NCBI GenBank assembly: GCA_964508025.1
Contig: CAZDSF010000004.1
Span: 1,625 to 57,967 of the forward strand
DNA: 56,343 bases
Direction: 5' to 3'
Source: an uncultured Anaerolineales bacterium
GTDB taxonomy: Bacteria; Chloroflexota; Anaerolineae; B4-G1; SLSP01
Every line of letters begins with the position of its first letter. The stretch's first letter is position 1. The notes beneath the pieces are model-generated. The model was not told the DNA's origin. It saw only the letters and a program-made list of their open reading frames with translations, and did not search any database. This document shows, piece by piece, positions 28,362-40,516 of the stretch. A program made the translations under genes and the position numbers.

Positions 28362-30341
28362 TTACTCGTCACCCATTACCCGTTGCTCATTACCCGTGGC
28401 CGTTACCCGCTGCGGGCACTGCCATTCGGGGCTGCGGAGGGTGGGGTAGGCGCGCAGAATGCCGCAGGCGTGGCAGGTTTCGCGGCAGTCGCTCAGGAAT
28501 TCGCCGGCGCGGCTGCGACGGGCGTCTTGCAGCAGAAAGCGTTTTTCCACGCCGCTGAGCAGATGATCCCAGGGGAGGCGTTCGTCTTCGGGGCGTTCAC
28601 GGAACATGAATTGTGTCTCTAAAGCCGCCACCGAGCCGAAAAGCGCGGGCGCCAGCTCGGCGATGGCCTGTTCCCAGGCGTCGAGATGCCACCATTCATC
28701 CCAGGCGTCGAAGCGGGCGCCGAGCTGCCAGGCGCGTTCGATGAGCGCGTTGAGGCGACGGTCGCCGCGCGTGAGCAGCGCTTCGAGGCGCGTGCCGGGG
28801 TATTTGTTCCACGAGAGCTTGAATCCCCGCCCGCGAATGTGCCGGAAGAGCAGGCTTTGGCGCCGGGCAATGGTCTCCGCATCGGCAAAAGCCTCCCATT
28901 GGAAGGCGGTCTGTGGTTTGGGGACGAAGGTGCTGATGCTCACATGAACCTCGGTTTTGCGTCCGCCGGTGCGCACGCCGATGCGCCGCAACTCGTGCGC
29001 CAGGTCGGCGATGGCGAGCACGTCTTCATCCGTCTCGCCGGGCAAGCCGATCATGAAGTAGAGCTTCAGCGTGCGCCAGCCGCGTTGGAAGACTTCTTCG
29101 GCAAGGGCGAGCAAGTCCTCGGTGTGGATGTCCTTGTTGATGCGGCGGCGCAGCGCGTCGGTGGCGGCTTCGGGCGCGAAGGTGAAGCCGGATTTGCGGC
29201 TGCCGGTCAGCCCTTCGGCTAACGCCACGGAGAAAGCGTCAATGCGCAGGCTGGGCAGCGAGAAGCCAAGGTGCAGCCCCGCGCACTGTTGTTGGAGCGT
29301 CTGCAACAGGGCTTCGATTTCGGTGTGGTCGGCGGAGGAGAGCGAGAGGAAGCCGATCTCGTTGTAGCCGGTGGCGGCGGCGATGGCGAAGACATCGCTG
29401 GCGATTTCCGCAGCGGGGCGCTCGCGGACGGGCCGCGTGATGATACCCGCCTGGCAGAAGCGGCACCCGTGCGTGCAGCCGCGTTGAATCTCGATGACGC
29501 CCCGGTCATGGGTGGTCTCGATGTTGGGCACAATCTGCCGGATGGGGGTGGGGGGCAGCGTCCCCACGATGCGGCGCTGGATGGGCAACGGCGCTTCGGG
29601 GATCAGCGGCGCGACGCCGGTAAAAGCGCCTTCGGCAGTGAATTCCGCGCGGTAGAAGCGCGGCGCATACACCCCCTCGATGCCGAGCAGCGCGCGGAGC
29701 TGCGCCTCGCGCGGCAGCGCGCGCACGGTCTGGTACGCTTCCAGCAGCTCGAGGATAACGTCTTCGGCCTCGCCGATGATGAAGAGATCGAAGAAGTCGC
29801 TGATGGGTTCGGGATTGAAGGCCCCGTGTCCGCCGCCGATGACCAGGGGATGGCGCGCATCGCGGTCGGCGGCGCGGATGGGCAGCCCGGCGAGATCAAG
29901 GAGCTCCAGAGTGTTGGTGAAAAGCTGCTCGTAGGCTGTGCTGATGGCGAGGATATCGAACGCCGCGACGGGGCGATAGCTCTCCAGGGCATAGAGCGGC
30001 AGCCGGGCCTGGCGCAGCGCGGCGATCATATCCGGCGCGGGCAGGTATGCGCGTTCGGCGAGGGTGTCTGCGCGGCGATTGAGCAGCTCGTAGAGGATTT
30101 CCAGCGCGAAGTTGGACATCCCCAGCTCGTAGAGATCGGGGAAGGCGAGGCAGACGCGCGTGGCGACGGCGTCCCACGGCTTGTGAATGGCGTTGAATTC
30201 GCCGCCGACGTAACGGCCCGGTTTCTGGATTCGATGTAACAGCGCTTCGAGGTTTTCCCAGGGGATGGGCCGGGCGCTGGCAGCTGCTTCCTGGTGGCGG
30301 GGCGCCGGTTGGGGCTGTGTGGTGTGTTGTTGGTCTCTCAC
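28362..30341 (-). CDS. B12-binding radical SAM protein (TIGR03960 family)
   Basis: KPGRYVGGEFN, AFPDLYELGMS, EIQRGCTHGCRFCQAG, FVPKPQTAFQW. Confidence 0.88.
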   Translation of the reverse strand: MRDQQHTTQPQPAPRHQEAAASARPIPWENLEALLHRIQKPGRYVGGEFNAIHKPWDAVATRVCLAFPDLYELGMSNFALEILYELLNRRADTLAERAYLPAPDMIAALRQARLPLYALESYRPVAAFDILAISTAYEQLFTNTLELLDLAGLPIRAADRDARHPLVIGGGHGAFNPEPISDFFDLFIIGEAEDVILELLEAYQTVRALPREAQLRALLGIEGVYAPRFYRAEFTAEGAFTGVAPLIPEAPLPIQRRIVGTLPPTPIRQIVPNIETTHDRGVIEIQRGCTHGCRFCQAGIITRPVRERPAAEIASDVFAIAAATGYNEIGFLSLSSADHTEIEALLQTLQQQCAGLHLGFSLPSLRIDAFSVALAEGLTGSRKSGFTFAPEAATDALRRRINKDIHTEDLLALAEEVFQRGWRTLKLYFMIGLPGETDEDVLAIADLAHELRRIGVRTGGRKTEVHVSISTFVPKPQTAFQWEAFADAETIARRQSLLFRHIRGRGFKLSWNKYPGTRLEALLTRGDRRLNALIERAWQLGARFDAWDEWWHLDAWEQAIAELAPALFGSVAALETQFMFRERPEDERLPWDHLLSGVEKRFLLQDARRSRAGEFLSDCRETCHACGILRAYPTLRSPEWQCPQRVTATGNEQRVMGDE

Positions 30342-30394
30342 CGTTTACCTATCACAGTCCTGCGATTCACAATTCGCAATTTGCTATGCATTTG

Positions 30395-30799
30395 CTATTC
30401 ACCAGTGCGCATGACGCGGATCCAGATATGGCGGCGGCGGGGGCCATCAAATTCGGCGAAGAAGACGCCTTGCCACTGGCCCAGTTGCAACCGGTGTTGG
30501 GCGACGATGATGAAGTGGTCGCTGCCCAGCAACACGGATTTGACGTGCGCTGGCGAGTTGCCCTCGCTGTGGGTGTAGGGCAGGCCCTCGGGCACCATGC
30601 GCTCCAGTGCCATGGCGAGATCGCGTTCCACTGTGGGATCCCAATTCTCGTTGAGAACGATGCCGGCGGTGGTGTGCGGGCAGAAGAGGAAGCAGACGCC
30701 CTCCTCGATGGGCATTTCGGCAATGGCGTGTTCGATCTCGGCGGTAATATCCAGGAGATCCACTTTGGTGCGGGTCTGAATTTCGATCTGTTTGAACAT
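30395..30799 (-). CDS. YjbQ/UPF0047 secondary thiamine-phosphate synthase family protein
   Basis: PHTTAGIVLNEN.DP, HSEGNSPAHVKS, LGQWQGVFFAEFDGPR. Confidence 0.9.
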   Translation of the reverse strand: MFKQIEIQTRTKVDLLDITAEIEHAIAEMPIEEGVCFLFCPHTTAGIVLNENWDPTVERDLAMALERMVPEGLPYTHSEGNSPAHVKSVLLGSDHFIIVAQHRLQLGQWQGVFFAEFDGPRRRHIWIRVMRTGE

Positions 30800-30848
30800 A
30801 GGCTTCCTTAATAGCTATGGACTGAATGGCTATGGACTGTATCGCTGC

Positions 30849-32402
<1,554 letters not shown>

Positions 32403-32418
32403 AGACAGTATCTCCTCG

Positions 32419-34275
32419 TTAACGTTTCGGGGGCTTGGGCCACAACACACGTTGAATGCGTCCTAAAGTAACTGTGAGTTGGGTCATGGCGGCGGCGTAT
32501 TGCGCCCCCTTCGAATCTCCCGATGCCTGCGCCTCTAGCAGCAGCCCGCGCACTTCGGCGTTGCGCTGGCGTAGGCGGCGCTCGCGCAGCCAGAGGATGG
32601 TGCGCAGCAGATCGCGTTCCCATTCCTCATTGGAATTGCTAGGCGGTGAATCCTGCAACCATTTCGTTACCTTGGTTAATGTGTCTGGCGGTAATAAATC
32701 TGACCACTCGAGGTTTGGATTCATCATCATTTCTAGCAAAGCATTCCATATTAGACGAGCTTCTGGCCCAAAATCTTCATCATGTAGAGGATCAAGATCT
32801 AGTTTTACAAGCGCGACATCTATTTGCTCCATCAGTGCTGGATAGTGTAGAAACATCGTAAGAACGTGTGTCTCCAGATCTGCTTCTTGTGGAATTCGGC
32901 TTGGCTCAATGTTAGGTTGTAGTCGTAGTGCGGTCGCACGCTCCCGAATCTGCAAGCGATCCCGGATTAGACGCTCATCTAGTGCGAGCTGTTTTGCAAT
33001 TTCTTGTATGTAGATCTCACGTTCTACATTGTCAGGAACGTCTTGTAGTAATGGTAATATTCCATCAACAATGCGTGCTTTACCACCGGGTTCCCCAGCT
33101 TTTTCTTGTTTGAGCATCTCGTGAAAGTAAAAGCGAATGATGGGTTGTGCGGTAGCGATTTGGGATTCCCAAAGATGACGGTTTTGCAGAATAAGCTCAT
33201 CAGGATCAAGCCCGTCAGGTAAGGCTAGCACACGAATGTCAACATTTAACCGACTCTGATAGCTAGCCGCGCCGCGTGCGTTGAATACGTTATCACCTTT
33301 TCGCTCCAACGCTTGCCGCGCTGTTTCCAATCCCCGCAGGGTGGCGTTGATGCCGGCGGCATCGGGATCGAGCGCCATGATGAAGCGCCGTGTGAGCCGG
33401 TGCAGCTGCTTGAGGTGCGCCTCGGTGAGTGCGGTGCCCATGGGCGCGACGACGTTGCGGTAGCCCTCCTGATGCGGGATCATTACGTCCATGTAGCCTT
33501 CGACGATGATGGCGGCGTCGGCTTCACGGATGGCCTGGCTGGCGAGATCGAGGCCGAAGAGGACCTGGCTCTTGTCGAAGAGCGGCGACTGTGGCGAGTT
33601 CATGTACTTGGGTTCGTCTTCGGGATTGAGCACCCGTCCACCGAAGGCGATCACCCGCCCGCGCCGGTCGCGGATGGGGATCATCAGGCGGTCGCGGAAG
33701 CGGTCGTAGGTGCCGCCTTCATCTTTCTCCACCAACAGCCCGGCTGTGACCATGTCCTCGACGCTGAAGCCCTGGCCCAGCAGGTGGGTGCGGAGGGCGT
33801 CCCACGAGCGGAGGCTGTAGCCCAGCTGGAAGGTTTCGAGCGTGGCGGCTTTGAAGCCGCGCCGTTGCAGGTACTCGCGGGCGCGCGCCGCCTGGGGCGC
33901 GGAACCTAACAGCGTGTGGAAATATTCCGCTGCCGCCTGGTTGAGCGCCAGTAGGCGCTCGGCTTCGGCGCCGGCCTGCACCTGCGTGGGGGTGAGGGGG
34001 CGCACTTCGACGCCGGCTTGCCGCCCCAGCTCTTCCAACGCGGTGCGGAAATCCACCCCCTGCGTTTCCATGACGAACGTGAAGATGTCGCCGCCTTTGT
34101 TGCAGCCGAAACACTGCCAGCGTTGGCTGTCTGGGAAGACGTAGAACGATGGCGTTTTTTCGCTGTGGAAGGGGCAGAGGCCTTTGAGGTTGCGGCCCGC
34201 TCTCTGGAGCTGGACCGTGCGCCCTACAATCTCCGCCACATCCAGGCGGTCCTTGATGGTATCAATCACGCTCAT
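32419..34275 (-). CDS. dnaG: DNA primase
   Basis: [15 protein letters not shown] zinc finger, [34 protein letters not shown]. Confidence 0.95.
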   Translation of the reverse strand: MSVIDTIKDRLDVAEIVGRTVQLQRAGRNLKGLCPFHSEKTPSFYVFPDSQRWQCFGCNKGGDIFTFVMETQGVDFRTALEELGRQAGVEVRPLTPTQVQAGAEAERLLALNQAAAEYFHTLLGSAPQAARAREYLQRRGFKAATLETFQLGYSLRSWDALRTHLLGQGFSVEDMVTAGLLVEKDEGGTYDRFRDRLMIPIRDRRGRVIAFGGRVLNPEDEPKYMNSPQSPLFDKSQVLFGLDLASQAIREADAAIIVEGYMDVMIPHQEGYRNVVAPMGTALTEAHLKQLHRLTRRFIMALDPDAAGINATLRGLETARQALERKGDNVFNARGAASYQSRLNVDIRVLALPDGLDPDELILQNRHLWESQIATAQPIIRFYFHEMLKQEKAGEPGGKARIVDGILPLLQDVPDNVEREIYIQEIAKQLALDERLIRDRLQIRERATALRLQPNIEPSRIPQEADLETHVLTMFLHYPALMEQIDVALVKLDLDPLHDEDFGPEARLIWNALLEMMMNPNLEWSDLLPPDTLTKVTKWLQDSPPSNSNEEWERDLLRTILWLRERRLRQRNAEVRGLLLEAQASGDSKGAQYAAAMTQLTVTLGRIQRVLWPKPPKR

Positions 34276-34323
34276 GGCTGTCTATTGTACTTGGCAAGGT
34301 TTGAATGACAAGGCAGCCCGGTG

Positions 34324-34608
34324 CTAGCGCAATTCAACGTTCCAGTCGGTGATTTCGAGGAAGCGATATTCAGCCTCGATCCAGTGGACGGCGTTTTCCA
34401 GTACCGCATAGACATGCCCGGTCTCATTGGCTACGGCGACAATCGCGATGGCGGCGGATTGCCAGCGATCTTGATGCCCGACTTCGGCGACAGCGACATC
34501 GAAGCGGCGCCGCAGTTGGGTGAGCAGCGGCTTGAGCAACCCGCGCTTCTCCTTGAGTGAGGCCACGCCGGGCAGATAGAGTTGGATGGTGCAGGCGCCG
34601 ATGATCAT
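34324..34608 (-). CDS. DUF503 (YlxP-like) protein
   Basis: SLKEKR..LK.L..LRRRFDVAVAEV..QD.WQ. Confidence 0.85.
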   Translation of the reverse strand: MIIGACTIQLYLPGVASLKEKRGLLKPLLTQLRRRFDVAVAEVGHQDRWQSAAIAIVAVANETGHVYAVLENAVHWIEAEYRFLEITDWNVELR

Positions 34609-34614
34609 TGCGGC

Positions 34615-35157
34615 TCAACGGCTGGTGCGCAGATACCGGGCGTAAAGCCCCAGTGAACGCTCGATTTCTGCCAGGGCCATTTCACGCCCTTCCCATTTGA
34701 GGACTTTGACGCCGATGTGCTGCAAGTCTTTGTATACGGAAAAGAAGTGCGCGACCTCTTCCAGAAAGTGTGGGGGTATATCCTCGAGCTCTTGATAGCT
34801 GTCGAAGAGGGGGTCGGTGGCGGGCACGGCGAGGATCTTGTCATCGGCGAGACCGCGATCCAACATGCGGAAGATCCCCAGCGGGCGCGCTTCGATGACG
34901 CAGCCGGGGAAGGTCGGCTCGTTTGTCATCACCAGAATGTCCAGTGGGTCGCCATCATCGTAGTGGGTGCGCGGAATGAAGCCGTAATCTCCCGGATAAT
35001 GCAGGGATGAATAGAGCACACGATCAAGCTTGATAAAACCGCCGTCTTTGTCGTACTCGAATTTGTTGCGGGAGCGCTTGGGCACTTCCACAACGATGTA
35101 GACGACATCGAGCGTATCATGGGGACTGGGGGGTAGCTCATGCCACAGATTTGCCAT
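34615..35157 (-). CDS. ppa: Inorganic pyrophosphatase (family I)
   Basis: NKFEYDK, LDRVL, YPGDYGFIP.T..DDGDPLD, DDKILAV. Confidence 0.95.
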   Translation of the reverse strand: MANLWHELPPSPHDTLDVVYIVVEVPKRSRNKFEYDKDGGFIKLDRVLYSSLHYPGDYGFIPRTHYDDGDPLDILVMTNEPTFPGCVIEARPLGIFRMLDRGLADDKILAVPATDPLFDSYQELEDIPPHFLEEVAHFFSVYKDLQHIGVKVLKWEGREMALAEIERSLGLYARYLRTSR

Positions 35158-35292
35158 CTTCTCCTCCTTACAAAAATAGCGAATGGCGATGAAGGTCGCT
35201 TTCTTGCCGCGATTTTCGCCCGCGTTGGTGCGCTAAAGGCATACGGCGGCGCCGCTACTAGAGCCTAACGCCGCCAGGGACGTTTGAACGCT

Positions 35293-36690
35293 TTACAATT
35301 TGACCGTTTCGTTGCGCACGGGCGCTTCGACGCGGCGGTAGCCTAGCTCGCGTAATCCTGCCGCCAACGCCATTGCAGGCTGCTTATCTCCATGGACAAG
35401 GAAGGTCGCGCGGACGCCGGCGCTCTGCGGGCGCGCCCAGTCCAGCAAATCCTGCCGGTCCGCGTGGGCGCTGTAGCCATAGGCGACGCGCACCTGGGCT
35501 TCCAGTGGGAATTCCTCGCCGAAGATGCGCACGACCGGCTCCCGGTTGGCAATGCGTCGTCCGAGCGTGTTGGGCGCTTGCCAGCCGGTGATGAGCACCA
35601 TGTTGTTGGGGTCGGTGATGGCGTGTTTGAGATGGTGCTGCACGCGGCCCGCTTCTGCCATGCCAGAAGCGCTGATGATGATCATAGGGTTGGGCGCGGT
35701 ATTGAGCGCTTTCGACTCTTCGACGCTGTGAACGTACTTGAGTCGCCGGAATCCCAGCGGATCTGTGCTCTCGACGGCTTCCAACAGGGCGCGGCTCTCG
35801 CGATCATAGCATTCCGGGTGCTGGCGGAAGACTTCGGTGACGTTGACGGCAAGCGGGCTATCCACGTAGATGGGCACTTCGGGAATGCGGCCCTCGTGGT
35901 GCATTTCATGCAGGGTGTAGACGATCTCCTGAGTGCGGCCCACGGCGAACGCGGGGATGATGATGCGGCTCTCACGGCTGACGGCGTAGTTGACGGCGTC
36001 TGCCAGTTGCTCCCGCCCCTGTTCAATGGGAGGATGCTCGCGATCGCCATACGTGCTTTCGAGCATGAGATAATCAGCCGGCGGCATGGGGGTGGGATCG
36101 CGGACAATGGCGAGACCGGGTTGCCCCAAATCGCCGCTGAAGAGCAAGCGCACGGGCCGCCCGCGCTCTTGTGTCTCGATGAGCACCATCGCCGAGCCGA
36201 GAATATGCCCGGCGTCGAAGAAGGTGATGCGCACATCGCGGGCGATTTCCAGAGAGTGGTTGTAGCCCACGCCCACCAGGCGTTGCAGGGCAAAGAGCGC
36301 ATCCTCTTCGGTGTAGAGCGGCGCGACGGGGGGAAGCCCCTGGCGCGCGCGTTTCTTGTTGGCGTAAGCCACATCGGCTTCCTGGATGCGCCCCGAATCG
36401 GGGAGCATGGCCGCGCAGAGATCGCGGGTGGCATGGGTGGCATAGATCGGCGCGGCACAGCCTTGCGCCACCAGATTCGGCAGATTTCCGGCATGATCAA
36501 TATGTGCGTGTGAGAGCACCACGGCATCTATCTTGCGTGGGTCGAAGTCGAAGTGCTGGTTGCGTTCGTAGGATTCCTGGCGCTTCCCCTGAAACAGGCC
36601 ACATTCCAGCAGGATATTCGCGCGATTGGTGCGCACCAGATACATGGAACCGGTGACGGTTCCCACGCCGCCCAAAAAGGTGATTTTCAT
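35293..36690 (-). CDS. MBL-fold beta-CASP ribonuclease
   Basis: MKITFLGG..VTGS, SHAHIDH, AGHILGS, ESTYGDR, SAHAD, LVHGD. Confidence 0.9.
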   Translation of the reverse strand: MKITFLGGVGTVTGSMYLVRTNRANILLECGLFQGKRQESYERNQHFDFDPRKIDAVVLSHAHIDHAGNLPNLVAQGCAAPIYATHATRDLCAAMLPDSGRIQEADVAYANKKRARQGLPPVAPLYTEEDALFALQRLVGVGYNHSLEIARDVRITFFDAGHILGSAMVLIETQERGRPVRLLFSGDLGQPGLAIVRDPTPMPPADYLMLESTYGDREHPPIEQGREQLADAVNYAVSRESRIIIPAFAVGRTQEIVYTLHEMHHEGRIPEVPIYVDSPLAVNVTEVFRQHPECYDRESRALLEAVESTDPLGFRRLKYVHSVEESKALNTAPNPMIIISASGMAEAGRVQHHLKHAITDPNNMVLITGWQAPNTLGRRIANREPVVRIFGEEFPLEAQVRVAYGYSAHADRQDLLDWARPQSAGVRATFLVHGDKQPAMALAAGLRELGYRRVEAPVRNETVKL

Positions 36691-36796
36691 GGCGTCTCCT
36701 CTGAAAATGGTAATGGGTGAGTAGTGAGGGGTGAGCAGTTTGGTACGGCGAACTGCGTTTTGCTCATTCCAATACAAAAAACTGCTCAATCTAAAA

Positions 36797-37948
36797 TTAT
36801 CGCGCCGCCAACAGGCCGAGCAGGTCAGCGCCGTAAGTTTTCTGACGCCACGGGCCGATTCCTGGCACGCTCAAAAGATCATCCAAGTGCTGCGGTGGAT
36901 TCCAGGCTAAAGCCCACAGCGCAACATTGGGTAGAATCACATCGGAATCTACACCCCGACAGCTGGCAACTTCCTTGCGCCAGCTGCGGAGGATCTGATA
37001 GCGTTCCAAGACGGTGTCTGGCGGTCTTCCATCATCGCTGGGCGGTTTGGGCAACGTCTCGGCGCGCCCATTGATGACGGCTAACAGATCGCGTCCGAAA
37101 CGCCGCCGCTGCATCGGGCTGAGTCCGGCTGCCGCAAGCTCCTCGTGTGTGTGCGGCTGGATTCGCGCCAGATGCACCATCTGCGAGTCGCCGAGCACCT
37201 TTACCGGTGGGCGATCCATGCGTTCGGCGGTGTGTTCGCGCCAGAGATGCAGCTGGTATAGCCGTTTTTTCTCAGGGATGCTAAGATCGTGCATACCCTT
37301 GATGCGCCAGAATGTGGCTGTGAGATCATGTTCGGCGGGTATGGTAACGTGCTGGGCGAGGTAGGCGAAGATCTCCTGCGCTTCTTCCCACCGTTCCTTG
37401 CTGTGCAACTCGGCAGCCTGGAGATCGCGCAACGCCAACAGGTAGTGTGTATCCGTGCGCGCGTAGGCGATGGCTTCTGGCTCCAAAGGGCGCGCGCCCC
37501 AATTGTACCGTTGGTACTTTTTGTTGGGCGGCACATTGAAGTATTGCTCCATCAGCCGCCCCAGGCCCACTGCGGGCCAACCCAGAATCCTGCCGGCCCA
37601 CATGGTGTCGAATAGCCCTTCACAGTGGAAGTCAAAATCGCGGCGCAGCACGACCAGATCGTTCTCTGCCGCATGAAAGACTTTCTCGATGCTGGGTGCG
37701 GCAAAAAGCGGCTTTAGCGGACTGAGGTCCTTCAGCGCCCAAGGGTCTACCAGATAATCATCTTCGGGGATGGAGAACTGGATCAGGCACACGTGCTCGC
37801 GGTAGGCGAACAGGCTGTTCGATTCGGTATCCACGGCGATGCGCGGTTCCTGTTGCAACCGGGTCGCCAACTGCGTGAGCGCGGACGGCGATGTTATCAG
37901 GATCGGCGGCTTTTGGCTTTTGGACTGACATCGGTTCGGGCTTTGCAT
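36797..37948 (-). CDS. rnd: Ribonuclease D (DEDD exonuclease with HRDC domains)
   Basis: IAVDTESN, VCLIQ, FHAAEND, YARTDTHYL, C-terminal HRDC (LRSWR..A..RGV). Confidence 0.8.
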   Translation of the reverse strand: MQSPNRCQSKSQKPPILITSPSALTQLATRLQQEPRIAVDTESNSLFAYREHVCLIQFSIPEDDYLVDPWALKDLSPLKPLFAAPSIEKVFHAAENDLVVLRRDFDFHCEGLFDTMWAGRILGWPAVGLGRLMEQYFNVPPNKKYQRYNWGARPLEPEAIAYARTDTHYLLALRDLQAAELHSKERWEEAQEIFAYLAQHVTIPAEHDLTATFWRIKGMHDLSIPEKKRLYQLHLWREHTAERMDRPPVKVLGDSQMVHLARIQPHTHEELAAAGLSPMQRRRFGRDLLAVINGRAETLPKPPSDDGRPPDTVLERYQILRSWRKEVASCRGVDSDVILPNVALWALAWNPPQHLDDLLSVPGIGPWRQKTYGADLLGLLAAR

Positions 37949-38055
37949 AGTGTTGCCATTATCGTCTCACGGGGCAGATTGTCAAACTGCGCCTGGATTT
38001 GGGGTAAGGACTGTGCGCTGTTGCCGATTCATGGAATTGCTGCTACAATCCACTT

Positions 38056-39873
38056 ATGGAAACACGGCGCAACTGGTACAGAATGGTTTTCTGTGGGTGG
38101 TTGCTCTGCGCTCTGACGGCTTGCGCGGCCTGGCCCTCGCTCGCGCCTGTGATGTCGCCGTTTGCGCCAGAACCTTCTGCGACGCCCGCCTCGCTTCCGC
38201 CTACGAGCACCGTCACGCCGTTGCCCACAGCGACGGCGGCCGCGACGGCGGCCGTGACGGCTACCGCAACGGCCTCACCCACGCCTACCGCCACCGCGAC
38301 GCCGTTGCCCGGCCCGCGTCTTGATCCCGCGCTGGTGCGCGTCTACCCATTGCCCGCGGCCATTGGCGATGCGCTCTCTCTGGATATCGAGCCGGTGTTG
38401 TCTCAAGGGTATGATGCGCCCTTTACCGTGACGCTGGCCCTGCCCGATGGACGGCTGTTTTCCAGTCCGGTTGTTCCTGTCGGCTTTGATCGGCAGCCCC
38501 GCGCGCGTTTCATTTGGGTTTGGGATACGACGGGACTTTCGGGAGCGCAGCCGATTACGGTGACATTGCTCACGCCGCCGGACATTCCAGACGGCGCGCG
38601 CGAGGACAACGTGCTGATTTTTGCCGTGCCGTTGCTCGATGCAGCGATGCTGCCGCCGCCCGAACCGGGCGCGCGTTGGGCTACGCAGACCGTCGAGGGC
38701 GTGCGGCTCTTCTACATCACCGGCTCGGCGGCAGAGCGCGATCTATCCACACTGCTGGCTCTCTCGCAGAGCGCGTATGCGGATGTCGCGGCGCACTTCG
38801 ATATGACGACGACCGAGACGGTGGATGTCTATGTGATGGATCGCATTGTCGGGCAGGGCGGCTATGCCACGAGCGATTGGGTTGCCGTCTCGTATACTGA
38901 TCGCGCTTATGCGCCGGCTGAGATGACGTTGTTGCTGCGGCACGAGCTCACGCATCGCCTCGACAGCGCCTGGCGCTGTGACGGGATGCCTTCCATGCTG
39001 CGCGAGGGGTTGGCCGTGATGGTGGCTGGCGGGCATTACTGGCCGGAATCGTTGCCGCGCAAGGCCGCCGCACTGTTGCAGACTGATGCTTATATTCCGT
39101 TAGAGCAGCTGTTGAATGATTTCTATCGCCAGCAGCATGAGATCGGTTATCTGGAGGCGGGCGCGTTGGTAGCGTATATTGTCGAGGAGCGCGGCTGGCA
39201 AGGGATACGCACGCTTTGTGAGACTTTCGCGGCATCGCGGGCGAATGATGCTGTGCGTTTTGCGCGCGCGCTGGAGGCAGTAGCTCTGCCCGCATTGCCC
39301 CAGCTCGAGCAGGATTGGCTGCGTTGGTTGCGCGCGCTACACGTCACCGAAGCGGAAGTTCGTGTTCTTGAGGCTGAGTGGCTGTTGATGGATACTATGC
39401 GCGCCTATCAGCGCCGCTACGATCCCTCGGCGAATTTCCTTACGGGTATTCTGTTCGATCCGGCGATGGGTGCGCAGCGGGGCATCGCGGCGGATTTTGT
39501 GCGGCGTCCGCGCGACGCTCAAGCCGTGGCTCTGGAGCTTTTGTTGCAGATGGCGCAGACGGCGCTCCGCGCTGCGGACCCGGATCAAGCGGAAGCGCTT
39601 CTCGCTGTGGTGGGGGCGGCGCTTGCGGCGCCGGAGTTCGCGGCGGCGCCCGAGGCGGCCAAGATGGCGGCGCTGGTAGAGGCGGTGGTCGCCTGGGGCT
39701 ATGAGCCTTATCGTACAGTTTGCGTCGCAGACGGCGCCGAAGTCGGGCAGCGCGCGCCGGGATGCGTGGTCTACGCCCTCGATCTGGCTGAGTGGCCCCT
39801 ACAACGGCTGTTGTGGGCAACCCGAAGCGAGGCGACGGGTTCCTGGACGGTGGTAGGCCCCCAGACGCCTTGA
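38056..39873 (+). CDS. Lipoprotein with a gluzincin (peptidase MA-like) domain
   Basis: Lipobox LTAC, Pro/Thr-rich linker, LRHELTH..LREGLA. Confidence 0.65.
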   Translation: METRRNWYRMVFCGWLLCALTACAAWPSLAPVMSPFAPEPSATPASLPPTSTVTPLPTATAAATAAVTATATASPTPTATATPLPGPRLDPALVRVYPLPAAIGDALSLDIEPVLSQGYDAPFTVTLALPDGRLFSSPVVPVGFDRQPRARFIWVWDTTGLSGAQPITVTLLTPPDIPDGAREDNVLIFAVPLLDAAMLPPPEPGARWATQTVEGVRLFYITGSAAERDLSTLLALSQSAYADVAAHFDMTTTETVDVYVMDRIVGQGGYATSDWVAVSYTDRAYAPAEMTLLLRHELTHRLDSAWRCDGMPSMLREGLAVMVAGGHYWPESLPRKAAALLQTDAYIPLEQLLNDFYRQQHEIGYLEAGALVAYIVEERGWQGIRTLCETFAASRANDAVRFARALEAVALPALPQLEQDWLRWLRALHVTEAEVRVLEAEWLLMDTMRAYQRRYDPSANFLTGILFDPAMGAQRGIAADFVRRPRDAQAVALELLLQMAQTALRAADPDQAEALLAVVGAALAAPEFAAAPEAAKMAALVEAVVAWGYEPYRTVCVADGAEVGQRAPGCVVYALDLAEWPLQRLLWATRSEATGSWTVVGPQTP

Positions 39874-39906
39874 GCTGTCTTGAAGCGAGTGATTTTGGGT
39901 GATTGT

Positions 39907-40422
39907 ATGCGCAATCGATGGCTTGTTACGCTGGCGACGTTGCTCCTCGCTGTGACCGTGGTGTGGATCACCGATAGCGCGCTGTCCTTGACGCACGCTA
40001 TGCTCTGGTGCTTTGCCGGCGCGGTGCTGCTGTGGGCTGCGGGGCTGTTCCGCGCCTGGGCGCCGTGGCTGCTCGCGCCATGCTTGTTGCCCGGCATCTA
40101 TGCCCTGCTCGTGGGCTGGGTGGACTTGCGGGCGTTGTTCCCGGCGACGTTGTTGTTGGCGTTGACGTTTGCTTCCGCCCCAGATGGACAGCTTTTCGGG
40201 CGCAGCCGACGCCTGGCGGCGCTGCTGGTCTATCTCGTGCTGGGGGCGGGGGTGGCGTTGGGCGCCATGCCCGCTGCGACATGGCTCGCGGTGCTGGCGC
40301 TGCCGCTCGTGTGGCGCGCCGCGCGAACCGCGCAGCCCGGAGCCGATGGGCGCACGTTGGCTTATGCGAACACACTCCTGTTGTTATGGATAGGCTATCT
40401 CGTTCACGGCATCGTGCGTTGA
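39907..40422 (+). CDS. Hypothetical membrane protein
   Basis: Hydrophobic ORF in an operon-like position; start uncertain (39880 or 39907). Confidence 0.6.
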   Translation: MRNRWLVTLATLLLAVTVVWITDSALSLTHAMLWCFAGAVLLWAAGLFRAWAPWLLAPCLLPGIYALLVGWVDLRALFPATLLLALTFASAPDGQLFGRSRRLAALLVYLVLGAGVALGAMPAATWLAVLALPLVWRAARTAQPGADGRTLAYANTLLLLWIGYLVHGIVR

Positions 40423-40516
40423 TCTTGTGATTCACCGGGCCTTTGGCGCACCAATGAGAACGGCGCCCTTCAGTTCGCGGTACGCTTGCTGCGAGCAGGA
40501 TTCGCTATTTTAAGGG

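Noticed and set aside
39907-40422. UbiA/MenA prenyltransferase
   Set aside because: The C-terminal half is only vaguely similar, the protein is too short, and the Asp-rich motifs are absent.
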